Shown here: positions 27,188 through 36,964 of the stretch, piece after piece
How positions within the stretch are numbered: the stretch's first letter is position 1
Layout of the letters: each line of letters starts with the position of its first letter
From: an uncultured Bdellovibrionales bacterium
GTDB taxonomy: Bacteria; Patescibacteriota; Minisyncoccia; Moranbacterales; UBA1568
Assembly: GCA_964436855.1 (NCBI GenBank)
Contig: CAYTED010000001.1
Coordinates: 21-64,020, forward strand
Length of the DNA: 64,000 bases
Direction of reading: 5' to 3'
Position numbers and translations under genes: made by a program
The notes under the pieces: generated by a model
Told to the model about the DNA's origin: nothing
Seen by the model: only the letters and a program-made list of their open reading frames with translations
Database searches by the model: none

Positions 27188-27781
27188 TTATTCCCCCTCA
27201 ACAATCAATCGCACTTGATCAAGCGCCTTCTTGAGTTCCCTAAGAAGCGGGTGCTCGAGTCGATCGCAAAGCACCGCATATACCGATTCATAGAACCAAA
27301 GCATCTCTTCTTTCCCGGCGCGAAAATGCCTCCAGAGCGCGTCTCCATCCGACGCATGTCCCGAGACAAGCGAGTGCATATTGTGAATTTTGTCCGCCGC
27401 CGCAATAAGAAGCCCTTCGCGCGAATCATTCTTCAGGTTTTCGATATACCGCTTCTTGCGTTCCTTCCAATGATTCTTTTTCGAAAAAATTCGCCATCGT
27501 TCCGTCGGATCTCGATCTTCCGTCACTTCGCGAACGATCCGATACACGTTTTCTCCGAATTCTTCTTTCATCTTTTCGGCGCCATACCTCGGCACATCTT
27601 CCAAAACGTCGTGCAAAAGCGCGGCACAGATCAAATCCTCGTCGTTTTCGTAATGCGCAAGAAGAAACGCCACCGCAAACGGGTGCACAATATACGGCGA
27701 TCCGCTCAACCGACGTTTCTGTTCGCGATGAAGTTCGGCCGACCGAACAATCGCTCTTTCGATTTTTGATGTGAGTTGCAT
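27188..27781 (-). CDS. HD-domain small alarmone hydrolase (Mesh1-like)
   Basis: H.EQKRR..PYIVHP, AALLHDVLED, EVTED, ADKIHN; no synthetase domain. Confidence 0.88.
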   Translation of the reverse strand: MQLTSKIERAIVRSAELHREQKRRLSGSPYIVHPFAVAFLLAHYENDEDLICAALLHDVLEDVPRYGAEKMKEEFGENVYRIVREVTEDRDPTERWRIFSKKNHWKERKKRYIENLKNDSREGLLIAAADKIHNMHSLVSGHASDGDALWRHFRAGKEEMLWFYESVYAVLCDRLEHPLLRELKKALDQVRLIVEGE

Positions 27782-27856
27782 ACCCTGCTCCCTCTTAGTA
27801 TTTTCGGCTTTTTTCGGCTATAATGTCCAGAGGTATTCTAATATCAATGAAACACT

Positions 27857-29134
27857 ATGTCCAAGAAAACAGTTGTGGTCGTCGGGCTCGGATACGTTGG
27901 TTTGCCACTTGCGGTTCGGTCGGTTGAACGCGGATACTCCGTTATCGGATTCGATACGAACGAAGAAAAAATTTCGCTCCTCAAAAAAAAGAAGAGTCCT
28001 ATCGAAGATCTCTACCTCGAAGAGCATATTCCGAAATTTCCTTTCGAAGCGACCACTGATCCGAAAAAATTAAAACAGGCGGACATTGTCCTTATCTGCG
28101 TACCGACCCCTGTCGATGAAATGTTCTATCCCGACCTCGAGCCGGTCATTTCGGCGTCGGAACGTATCGCGAAACACCTGAAAAAAGGCGCGCTTGTCGT
28201 CCTTGAATCAACCGTGAATCCCGGTGTTTCCGAAGAAATCATTCGGCCGATTTTTGAAAAACACGGACACGTCGTCGGAACAGATGTATTCCTCGCGCAC
28301 TGTCCCGAGCGCATTAATCCGGGCGACGAGAAATGGAATGTCACGAATATCCCTCGCGTCGTCGGTTCTTTTGATAAAAAAGGACTTTCTTTGGCTCTCG
28401 AATTCTATCGCTCTATCGTCGATGGCGAAATCCGCCCAATGAAATCCATCCGCGAAGCCGAAGCGGTGAAAATCGTCGAAAATTCCTTCCGCGATATCAA
28501 TATCGCCTTCGTCAACGAACTTGCAAAGTCATTCGATGTCCTCGGTATCGACGTGAAAGACGTCATTCAGGGCGCCGCCACAAAGCCGTTCTCTTTTATG
28601 CCTCATTATCCGTCTTGCGGCGTGGGCGGCCACTGCATTCCGGTTGATCCGTATTATCTGATCGAACGCGCCAAACAATCGGGATTTGATCATAAATTTC
28701 TGAAGATCGCCCGAGAGATCAATAACTCTATGCCGGCTCACACGGTCGAACTCCTGCAAGACGAACTGAATGCGATTAAACTCCCCTTAAACGGAACGCG
28801 CATCGGCGTCCTCGGACTTGCTTACAAGGCGAATGTCGACGACCTTCGTGAGTCGCCCGCCGAAAAAATCATCGAACACCTCGAAAAACACGGCGCGAAA
28901 GTCGAGACGTTCGATCCGCATATTCTTCGACTTTCCACAACCAAATCTCTCGACGCAATCCTCGCAAAATCGGATGCACTCGTCCTTGCCACCGATCATC
29001 GCGAATTCAAAGAACGCCTCACTCCCGCCCTCCTCAAAAAATTCCGAATTCGTGTTATCGTAGATGGGAAGAACTGCCTCGACAAAAAGGCATTCCTTGC
29101 GACAAAGATTCGGTATAAGGGAATCGGGAGATAA
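27857..29134 (+). CDS. UDP-N-acetylhexosamine 6-dehydrogenase (WbpA/TviB/WecC-like)
   Basis: GLGYVGLP, CVPTP, PERINPG, GGHCIPVDP, LAYKANVDDLRESP. Confidence 0.92.
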   Translation: MSKKTVVVVGLGYVGLPLAVRSVERGYSVIGFDTNEEKISLLKKKKSPIEDLYLEEHIPKFPFEATTDPKKLKQADIVLICVPTPVDEMFYPDLEPVISASERIAKHLKKGALVVLESTVNPGVSEEIIRPIFEKHGHVVGTDVFLAHCPERINPGDEKWNVTNIPRVVGSFDKKGLSLALEFYRSIVDGEIRPMKSIREAEAVKIVENSFRDINIAFVNELAKSFDVLGIDVKDVIQGAATKPFSFMPHYPSCGVGGHCIPVDPYYLIERAKQSGFDHKFLKIAREINNSMPAHTVELLQDELNAIKLPLNGTRIGVLGLAYKANVDDLRESPAEKIIEHLEKHGAKVETFDPHILRLSTTKSLDAILAKSDALVLATDHREFKERLTPALLKKFRIRVIVDGKNCLDKKAFLATKIRYKGIGR

Positions 29135-29174
29135 GCCGCACGACAGGGAAATTTTGTTTCCTACTCCATATTCT

Positions 29175-29417
29175 ATGTTCGATCTCATCCGTTTTATCAT
29201 CTGGCTTGCGGGAGTCGCCGTGGTGGGGTATTTTCTCGCCGGATTTTTCGGATACGAAATCAATATCGACTATTTCAAAGAGCAAAAGTCAACCTGCGAA
29301 GAACACCTCCGACAGTGCCGAAAAGACCTCATTCAGTCTGGTGTCGACGGCGTCAAGGAAAAATGCGATTGGAAATGCGTCGATCCGAAGCTTCTTATTC
29401 GGAAGAGTCAAGAATAA
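29175..29417 (+). CDS. Small membrane-anchored protein with four Cys
   Basis: 80 aa, N-terminal TM, in operon context. Confidence 0.7.
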   Translation: MFDLIRFIIWLAGVAVVGYFLAGFFGYEINIDYFKEQKSTCEEHLRQCRKDLIQSGVDGVKEKCDWKCVDPKLLIRKSQE

Positions 29418-29498
29418 AGAATTATGAATCAATCGACCATACGCCGTATGCTAAAATAATTCTGCATTTCTTGATTCCTGATTCTTAATTCTTGATTC
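29405..29498. repeat. Inverted heptamer arrays
   Basis: AGTCAAG AATAAAG AATTATG ... TTCTTGA TTCCTGA TTCTTAA TTCTTGA. Confidence 0.55.
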
Positions 29499-29506
29499 AT
29501 CAACAT

Positions 29507-30457
29507 ATGAAACTCATCGTCAATATCCCGGCTTACAATGAAGAAGAAAAAATCGGCGAGACCATCAGACGAATTCCGCGATCATTTCCGGGAATCTCGG
29601 AAGTGTTGGTACAGGTAATCGACGATGGCTCGAAAGACCGGACGGTCGATGTTTCAAAAAACGCCGGCGCGGATTTCGTGTACCAAAACGGCATAAACCG
29701 CGGTATTGGAAAAACATTCCGACACGCTGTCGAACGCTCTCTCGAAAACGGCGCGGACATTATGGTCAATATCGATGCCGACGGGCAATTCAATCCGAAC
29801 GATATCGAAAAACTCATTCGCCCGATCCTCGAGCACAAGGTCGATATGGTCAGCGCCGATCGATTCACCGAATCAAGCGCGGAAAATATCCCGTGGATAA
29901 AAAATATTCTCAATCGTTTCGCCGCGCGGATCATCGGCGGATTCTTGAATACCGCTATCCCCGATCTCACCTGTGGCTTCCGCGCCTACAGCCGCGAAAC
30001 CCTGCTCCGTCTCAATCTCCCCGGCGATTTCACCTACACGCAAGAAGTCATTATCGACGCACTCGGAAAAAACCTGAAACTTTCTTTTATCCCGGTCAGC
30101 GTGACTTACTTTGCCGATCGGAAATCCCGCGTCGTCAAAAGTATCTTCGGATACTTGAACAATAGTTTCCGCATTATCCTGAAAGCCGTTCGCGATGTCC
30201 GCCCGATGAAATTCTTCGGCATCCCGGGGCTCGTCCTTATTTTTCTCTCGCTTGTTCTCTTTGCTTTCTTCCTCGGAAACTATTTCACTGACTTCAAAAT
30301 AACCCCGTACCGGAATTACCTTCTCTTTTCCGGCGGATTTTTCTTGATCGGACTTCAATTCTTCGTCTTCGCTCTTATGGCTGATATGATTAAAACCAAC
30401 CGTCGCCTGACCGAAGATCAGATGTATTTGTTTAAAAAGGAGAAATACAAAAAATAA
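29507..30457 (+). CDS. GT2 polyprenol-phosphate glycosyltransferase with C-terminal TMs
   Basis: IPAYNEE, DDGSKD, DADGQF, DLTCGFRAY. Confidence 0.9.
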   Translation: MKLIVNIPAYNEEEKIGETIRRIPRSFPGISEVLVQVIDDGSKDRTVDVSKNAGADFVYQNGINRGIGKTFRHAVERSLENGADIMVNIDADGQFNPNDIEKLIRPILEHKVDMVSADRFTESSAENIPWIKNILNRFAARIIGGFLNTAIPDLTCGFRAYSRETLLRLNLPGDFTYTQEVIIDALGKNLKLSFIPVSVTYFADRKSRVVKSIFGYLNNSFRIILKAVRDVRPMKFFGIPGLVLIFLSLVLFAFFLGNYFTDFKITPYRNYLLFSGGFFLIGLQFFVFALMADMIKTNRRLTEDQMYLFKKEKYKK

Positions 30458-30577
30458 ATCTAAAATTACAATTTCCAAATAAACTCCAAATCTCAATGTT
30501 TGAAATCCAAAACTTTTGATTTGTAAGTTTTGATTTAATTATTGTAATTGATTTGGGATTTGTAATTTTGAATTTGG
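30456..30577. repeat. Inverted degenerate heptamer arrays
   Basis: AAATCTA AAATTAC AATTTCC ... GGATTT GTAATTT TGAATTT. Confidence 0.6.
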
Positions 30578-30589
30578 TGCTTTAAATCT

Positions 30590-31681
30590 ATGCGAATTTT
30601 ATTCATATCAAGAGCGTACCCCCCAATAATAGGTGGGATCGAAAATCAAAACGCCGCGCTCACAAAATGGCTTGCCAAAGTGGACGGTGTTGAAATAGAA
30701 ACCATAGCAAATACGAGGGGCAAGAAATTTCTCCCGATCTTTTTTCCGAAAGCGTTTTTTCTTGCGCTCTTTCAGTTGCGCAAACACGATATCATTCTGC
30801 TTGGCGACGGCGTCATTGCGGTAATCGGCTGTTTTCTTCGTCTCTTCACCCGAAAACCGGTTGTCTCCGTTCTTCACGGACTCGATATCACCTACGATTT
30901 AAAACTCTATCAACTCCTCTGGGTGAAATGTTTCCTCCGACTTCTCTCCGGGTACATCGCCGTCTCGCGTCATACGAAAGACACCGCGATCGCACACGGT
31001 CTCCGGGAAGAAAAAATTCGCGTCGTCCCTAACGGCGTGGAAGATCCAGCCGAGCCACCAATTCAGTATCGCCGGGAAGACCTTGCTCTGTACCTTAAAG
31101 AAAATCTTACTGACAAAAAAGTTCTCGTAACAATCGGTCGAATCGTTCGACGAAAAGGCGTCGCGTGGTTTGTGGAGCGTGTCCTCCCGAAGCTCCCGGG
31201 CAATATTCTCTACCTCGTCGCAGGATCGGGATCGGGAAAAGAGAAACAGCATATTCTTGATGCCGCTACGCGAGCGAATGTCTCGCAGAAACTCCGGCTT
31301 CTCGGTTCCGTTCCGAATGAAATCAAAATTATGCTCCACCGAACAGGCGATCTTTTTATCCAACCAAATATTCTCGTCCCGGGTGATCGCGAAGGTTTCG
31401 GCATCGCCGTGATCGAAGCATCGCTCGCCGGACTTCCCGTTATCGCTTCGCAACTTGAGGGACTCGAAGACGCGGTGATCGACAAAGAAACCGGATTTTT
31501 CGCCGAACCCGGCAATCCGGAGAGTTTCGTCGCCGCTATTCTTCCGCTTCTTGAAAATAGTGTCGCGCGAAATATGTTTTCCGAAAAAGCGAAAACCGTC
31601 ACGCGGGAACGATTCCACTGGAACTCCGTTTCCAAAACCTTCGCCGCCGCTCTCGAAAGTTTTCTGCCGAAGAAATCATAA
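30590..31681 (+). CDS. GT4 glycosyltransferase
   Basis: YPPIIGG, GRIVRRKG, EGFGIAVIEA. Confidence 0.93.
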   Translation: MRILFISRAYPPIIGGIENQNAALTKWLAKVDGVEIETIANTRGKKFLPIFFPKAFFLALFQLRKHDIILLGDGVIAVIGCFLRLFTRKPVVSVLHGLDITYDLKLYQLLWVKCFLRLLSGYIAVSRHTKDTAIAHGLREEKIRVVPNGVEDPAEPPIQYRREDLALYLKENLTDKKVLVTIGRIVRRKGVAWFVERVLPKLPGNILYLVAGSGSGKEKQHILDAATRANVSQKLRLLGSVPNEIKIMLHRTGDLFIQPNILVPGDREGFGIAVIEASLAGLPVIASQLEGLEDAVIDKETGFFAEPGNPESFVAAILPLLENSVARNMFSEKAKTVTRERFHWNSVSKTFAAALESFLPKKS

Positions 31682-31760
31682 ATATATTTCCCCCCTCTCG
31701 CCGCCCCGATCGAAACCGAAGTATCTCCATCAAATAATCGCCATAGGAACATCACATATC

Positions 31761-33740
31761 ATGACCGAATTTTTCTTCGATGCCACCTTTTTTCTTCTCG
31801 CAACCGGAGTACTCCTTTTTCTCCCGGGATGGTTTCTTATAAAACTCTTTTGCAAAAACGTTTCTTTGAACCACTGGGAATTTCTTACGCTTTCGTTTGG
31901 AATAAGCGTCGGTGTGCTTGATTTTCTCCTGATCGCGATCGGGACATTCGGTGTTCGCTACTCCGTTCACTCCATCACACTCTCCCTGTTTACGTTCGGC
32001 ATAACTGTGTTTGTCGTACAAAAAATATTCTCCGCGATTCGAAAAAATCCGAAAATGGAAAAAAATGGGCAATCTTCGCCCGTACTTCACTCGAAAAAAG
32101 AACGATTTTTGTTTCTTCTCATTCTTTTCCTCTCGATATTCGTAAAAACGATCTACCTTTCGGATGCTGCATTCCCGACTGCGACCGATCTCGGCCACCA
32201 TATGTTCTGGGCGAAGAAAATCGCCGAAACCGGCATATTCCCGGCATACGAAAAGCAAGAACTCACAGAAAATCCCGATGGATCGGTAACCCTTTCACCG
32301 TCCGAACCGATCGCCGACTTTATTATCGGTGAACATCTCCCCTTCGCTGCCATCGCGATATTTTCCGGAAACGATTTCGTCTCGGCATTTCCGGTATCAC
32401 TTCTGTTTATCGTTCATATTCTTGCACTCCTCGCCATCTTTGCGCTCGCACTACGAATCGGTGAAGATATGCACGCGCTTTTTTCATCCAATATATTTAC
32501 CCCCGGAAGATTCGCGCTCGTTATCCTCTTTCTCTCCGGCCCTCTCTACTCCCTCGCCTCCCCGCAAGCGAAATTCGTTTCAGGTGGCGTCGTCGGAAAT
32601 ACTTTCGGAAATTTTTTCATCCCGCTCATCCTCCTCATCTTCCTCCGTGCAATCCGCGAAAAAAATCCACCACTTCTCGCGATCGGATTTTTCCTCATCT
32701 TTACCCTTGCCTACACCCATCACCTCTCAACACTCGTTCTTCTCTTTATTCTCGTCGCAGTCGGTATAACGCTTCTCATTTCCCAGCGACGCCAATTGAG
32801 AAAATTTTTTCTTGATCTCTGGAACACACTCCGTCATCCCGCGCCAATAACAATCGCGATCCTGTGTATCGCCTTCTTCTTCCTCATTGCCGTCCCAACC
32901 TACCTCGAAACGAAAGGCTCGATCGATACCGCGATCGGCACTCCCACCAAACCAACCCGCACCGGACTTTCCTTTACCCAAATCGTCTTTTCAAATGGAG
33001 AGGCTCGCGTTGCGCTCGGTGCGACCGGACTTCTCTTGACGACATTTCTCCTTTTTCGCAAAAACACCGTCTCGCTCGCGCTTCTCTTCGGATGGGGCGG
33101 CATCCTTCTCCTTATGTCGCTGCGGCCGGATCTTGTGTTTCTCGATATCCCCTCCAATCGGATCGGATCATACGCGCTCTTCCCACTTTCCTTCCTCTCC
33201 GGGATCACCCTCTTCGCTCTTCTTTCTTTGTTTCGCGAGCGTTTCGGAGAAAAATTCGTCGCGACCTTTCCTCACACTCTCCTTCTCGCTTCACTTTTTC
33301 TTGTCTTTGTTTTTTCAACCGGAAGCGGTTCGTTCGACAACGGTCAAACCCTCCTCGGAAAACCGAAGGCAGAAGAAGCGGTTGAAACGTTTACCGCAAG
33401 CGCCTATCTCGCAAAACACTCTGAAGACAAAGATCTCATCCTGAAAGATCACAATTACCTCACTGCCGATACCTGGATGAAACTTTTTTTTCTTCGTGAT
33501 TACAACTTCCCGCTCTCTCGGTCTTATTTCGGTCGCTACGAAACTCCCGGACGCGAACAATGCACACTCCAAATGATCTCTATCCCAAATACAGCCGAAG
33601 GAAAACGCTGTTTCGAGACATCGGGAGTCAATATTATTGTCGTGCACCCGCTCTACGATCGCTCCCAATTCGAAAAATCAAACAATTTCTCCCGCATCTA
33701 CTCATCAAACGATATCCATATTTATGAAAAAAGTTTTTGA
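31761..33740 (+). CDS. Polytopic GT-C-like membrane protein
   Basis: More than 12 TM; TDLGHH in first loop; YTHHLS; soluble C-terminal domain. Confidence 0.65.
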   Translation: MTEFFFDATFFLLATGVLLFLPGWFLIKLFCKNVSLNHWEFLTLSFGISVGVLDFLLIAIGTFGVRYSVHSITLSLFTFGITVFVVQKIFSAIRKNPKMEKNGQSSPVLHSKKERFLFLLILFLSIFVKTIYLSDAAFPTATDLGHHMFWAKKIAETGIFPAYEKQELTENPDGSVTLSPSEPIADFIIGEHLPFAAIAIFSGNDFVSAFPVSLLFIVHILALLAIFALALRIGEDMHALFSSNIFTPGRFALVILFLSGPLYSLASPQAKFVSGGVVGNTFGNFFIPLILLIFLRAIREKNPPLLAIGFFLIFTLAYTHHLSTLVLLFILVAVGITLLISQRRQLRKFFLDLWNTLRHPAPITIAILCIAFFFLIAVPTYLETKGSIDTAIGTPTKPTRTGLSFTQIVFSNGEARVALGATGLLLTTFLLFRKNTVSLALLFGWGGILLLMSLRPDLVFLDIPSNRIGSYALFPLSFLSGITLFALLSLFRERFGEKFVATFPHTLLLASLFLVFVFSTGSGSFDNGQTLLGKPKAEEAVETFTASAYLAKHSEDKDLILKDHNYLTADTWMKLFFLRDYNFPLSRSYFGRYETPGREQCTLQMISIPNTAEGKRCFETSGVNIIVVHPLYDRSQFEKSNNFSRIYSSNDIHIYEKSF

Positions 33741-34101
33741 AATCCTGATTTCCGACACCGGAACCATCCTTATTTCCCTTGTGTGCGGAGCGATATCGGT
33801 ATACGCGCTTTTTTTCATCGTCGGGACGGAGCTTGATCCAAATCGTAACAAAAACTGGTGGTCGCTCGCATTTGAAAGTCGCTCGCTTGAAACAAACAAT
33901 TTTATCATCGAAAATCATTCCGATTCCGATATGTTCCGATACGAAGTCATCACCGATGGGAAAACCGTGGCCGCGGATACGCTTCATATTGCAAACGGGG
34001 AAGAGAAAACAATCTCAATCGATACGACAGACGCAAAAACAATCGAGATTACCGCAACCGATCACACCGGAAAAAAACAAAGTATTTATCGAAAAAAATA
34101 A
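33724..34101 (+). CDS. Membrane-anchored beta-sandwich protein (possibly DUF1616-like)
   Basis: N-terminal TM, IENHS..FRYEV; overlaps upstream gene. Confidence 0.55.
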   Translation: MKKVFEILISDTGTILISLVCGAISVYALFFIVGTELDPNRNKNWWSLAFESRSLETNNFIIENHSDSDMFRYEVITDGKTVAADTLHIANGEEKTISIDTTDAKTIEITATDHTGKKQSIYRKK

Positions 34102-34110
34102 CAGAAAAAT

Positions 34111-35244
34111 ATGCCCGACCACACCGGAAAAAAAATCCTCCTCGCGACACGCGCGCTTGTTCCTCCGTGGGACGAGGCCTCCAAAAACTTCGCCTACTTT
34201 CTCGCGAAATCGCTTACCAAACACCACACGACTATTCTCACTACGCCTACGTGGCTCCCCGATCTCCCGGCCAATGTCACGCAGTTCCCCTGCTACACGA
34301 AGAGCGAGCTTGATTTCCTCGAAAAAATCCGCCTCCTGCGCGCGCTTCGAAATCTTCGCGGAAAATTCGATATCACACACTACCTCTTCACGCCAACCCG
34401 AAAAAACACTTCCCTCATCAACTTCTTTAGCCGTCCAACCCGTGGAAAAACCATTCAAACCGTCGCCACGCTTCGTGAAGATCTTTATAACCCAAAACAA
34501 TTGAAAGAACTCCTCTTCGCCGATCGGATCGTCGTCTATTCCGATCATTCAAAACATCGCCTCGAAAAAATCGGGTTCAATAATGTCTCACGCATTTATC
34601 CGGGTGTTGATTTGTCGTTTTATCAGCCGCAATCAAAAAGTGCCGATACTCTCTCGCACTTCAATCTTTCAAAAGATGATTTTATCGTGTCTTACAATGG
34701 CGAATACGCGCGTTTGGGCGCAACCGATATGCTTGCCGATTGGCTCATTGAACACTACACCAATCACCCTGATTCAAATATGAAATTTGTTTTCGCTCTC
34801 CGCGTAAAAAAGCACGAGGATGATCGCATTAAAAAAGAAGAAATCACTCAACGCTTCGAGCAAGCAGGGATTTTGAAGCACATCCGCTTTACCGATACCT
34901 ATGCCGATATGCCAAAACTCTACAATCTTGCCGACGTGATTCTTTTTCCCGTAAATGATATGCGCGGAAAGTTTGATATACCACTCGTTGTCATCGAAGC
35001 GTATGCCTGCGGAAAACCCGTTATTCTCTCCGATCTCCCTATCTTTTCTGAATTTTCAAATCCGGATATCTGTGTTAGCATTCCGCGAGGTGATACCCGG
35101 TCGCTTACCGAAAAATTGGCTTATTTAAAAGAAAATATGCAAGAACGCGAGCGGCTCGGCCGAAACGCGCGCGCTTTCGTGGAACAACATTTCGACCTCA
35201 AAAAAACCGTCAGCGAATACGAAGCCCTCTACACTTCCCTTTAA
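34111..35244 (+). CDS. GT4 glycosyltransferase
   Basis: PLVVIEAYACGKPVILSD; GT-B C-terminal pattern. Confidence 0.88.
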   Translation: MPDHTGKKILLATRALVPPWDEASKNFAYFLAKSLTKHHTTILTTPTWLPDLPANVTQFPCYTKSELDFLEKIRLLRALRNLRGKFDITHYLFTPTRKNTSLINFFSRPTRGKTIQTVATLREDLYNPKQLKELLFADRIVVYSDHSKHRLEKIGFNNVSRIYPGVDLSFYQPQSKSADTLSHFNLSKDDFIVSYNGEYARLGATDMLADWLIEHYTNHPDSNMKFVFALRVKKHEDDRIKKEEITQRFEQAGILKHIRFTDTYADMPKLYNLADVILFPVNDMRGKFDIPLVVIEAYACGKPVILSDLPIFSEFSNPDICVSIPRGDTRSLTEKLAYLKENMQERERLGRNARAFVEQHFDLKKTVSEYEALYTSL

Positions 35245-35245
35245 T

Positions 35246-35332
35246 TTCTAATTTCGAATTCTGAATTTCGATTGAATTTTTAATCATTAAATTTTGAAAC
35301 ATTGATTCGAAATTCGAAACTCGGAATTCAAA
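35246..35332. repeat. Inverted heptamer arrays
   Basis: TTTCTAA TTTCGAA TTCTGAA TTTCGA ... TTCGAAA TTCGAAA CTCGGAA TTCAAAA. Confidence 0.65.
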
Positions 35333-35349
35333 ATTATTCCCACACCATT

Positions 35350-36855
35350 ATGAATCATTTCCAGTTCAATAAAATTTCAGATTATAAGTCCGAGCTCAAA
35401 ACAGAAAAGATGAAAGTCCCGATTGTTTTTCATGTTCAAGACGAGCTTCTCCCAAATGAATCCACCCTTCTCCAACTTGAAAGTGTCGCCAGCAATCAAG
35501 AAGTATTTCATCACATCGCCGCGATGGCTGATGTTCACTCGAAGCCCGGACGAAAAAACGCCACCGGAACCACGGTCGTTTCCGAAAAATACATTCTCCC
35601 GCAACTCAACGACTCCGATCCTGCGTGCGGAATGCGTCTCGTGAAGACCAATCTCAACGAAAACAATATCTCAAAAGCTGATCTCGAGAAACTCTTCGAA
35701 GCACTTGTTCCGAAAGTTCCCACCAAGGCATATATTGGAACCTACCTTCCATTCCGCATCATCGTCGACATTTGCAGACTTGGAATTCAACCCCTCATCG
35801 ATCACCTCGGCATCAAGACAAAATACGAAAAAGAAAACTCCCTCGATCGCGGAAACTTTTTCGACCAAGCTCCATCATCAAAGGATATTCAAAACATCAT
35901 TCCTCCACTCTTCCTCTTCTTCGCACAATTCCGATCAGGCATTCTCGGTGCCGCCGGCAACCACTTTCTCGATCTTATGAAGGTAACTGGCATCGAGGAC
36001 GAAGAAACAGCGCAAAAACTCGGCATAAAAAACGGCGATTACGTTTTTATGATTCATTGCGGATCCGGAATCCTCGGTCAATACACGATGTATATGTACA
36101 CCGCCAAGAAACGCGAACACATTTCCACGGCCATCCTTATGAATATCGGTCGCTTCTTCTGGAACACACCATTCAAGAAAACCGTAAATCGTATCGCACA
36201 AAAAATCCGCGAGTCCGATTTCGGAAAAAAAGAACCCCTCATCGCATTTGACGGAAATGACGAGGACGGAAGACTCTATATGGAAGCGCGCAAAGCCTGC
36301 TCCAATTTCGCCCACGCAAACCGAGCCGTCATCGCGCACAATGTCGCCGCCACCGCCAAGGAAGTCCTCGGTCGCGATATCCAAATGGAACTCCTCTACG
36401 ACATGCCACACATCCTCGTCTCACAGGAAGAACACTTTGGAAAAAATGTTTGGGTACACCGCAATGGCACGAGCCGTGCCTATGGTCCATCGAAAATGTC
36501 TGATCACCCTCTCTTTCGCGAAACCGGGGAACCGGCATTCATCCCAACCTCGATGAGTACCGAGGCCTACCTCTGCGTCGGTACGGATGACAACGATTCC
36601 AGCTTCTTCTCCTGCAATCACGGCGCCGGAAAGTCCGCCAAAAAAACAGAAGATATTATTCCTGAAAACAAACAAGAGCTCGACAAAAAACTCCAGTCGA
36701 AAGGCGTGAAGCTCTATAATGGTCGCTCAAGCAAGGTCATCGAACAGGACTCCTCGCATTACAAGCGCTCGGACGATGTCATCGCCAGCGTGAAAGAAAA
36801 CCACATCGTCAAACCCGTCGCCAAAATGCAACCCGTCGCGATTATTATGTACTAG
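35350..36855 (+). CDS. rtcB: Divergent RtcB-family nucleotidylating ligase
   Basis: MADVH, SDPACGMRL, GNHF, IHCGS, VHRNG, FSCNHGAG, HYK..DV. Confidence 0.85.
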   Translation: MNHFQFNKISDYKSELKTEKMKVPIVFHVQDELLPNESTLLQLESVASNQEVFHHIAAMADVHSKPGRKNATGTTVVSEKYILPQLNDSDPACGMRLVKTNLNENNISKADLEKLFEALVPKVPTKAYIGTYLPFRIIVDICRLGIQPLIDHLGIKTKYEKENSLDRGNFFDQAPSSKDIQNIIPPLFLFFAQFRSGILGAAGNHFLDLMKVTGIEDEETAQKLGIKNGDYVFMIHCGSGILGQYTMYMYTAKKREHISTAILMNIGRFFWNTPFKKTVNRIAQKIRESDFGKKEPLIAFDGNDEDGRLYMEARKACSNFAHANRAVIAHNVAATAKEVLGRDIQMELLYDMPHILVSQEEHFGKNVWVHRNGTSRAYGPSKMSDHPLFRETGEPAFIPTSMSTEAYLCVGTDDNDSSFFSCNHGAGKSAKKTEDIIPENKQELDKKLQSKGVKLYNGRSSKVIEQDSSHYKRSDDVIASVKENHIVKPVAKMQPVAIIMY

Positions 36856-36896
36856 TGTCAGCTAACAATCAGCAAACAACAGTAAACAAAAGAGAT

Positions 36897-36938
36897 AAAA
36901 AAAGGCCGCTTCGTCATATTGACCAAAGCGGTTTTTTT
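36897..36938. terminator. Bidirectional intrinsic terminator
   Basis: A7-GGCCGCTT..AAGCGG-T7 between convergent genes. Confidence 0.75.
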
Positions 36939-36964
36939 GTTAATCCAAGCTGAACCCAAGCGAC

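Noticed and set aside
8781-36855. ThpR plus RtcB as a joint RNA-repair operon
   Set aside because: They are 26 kb apart in unrelated operons.
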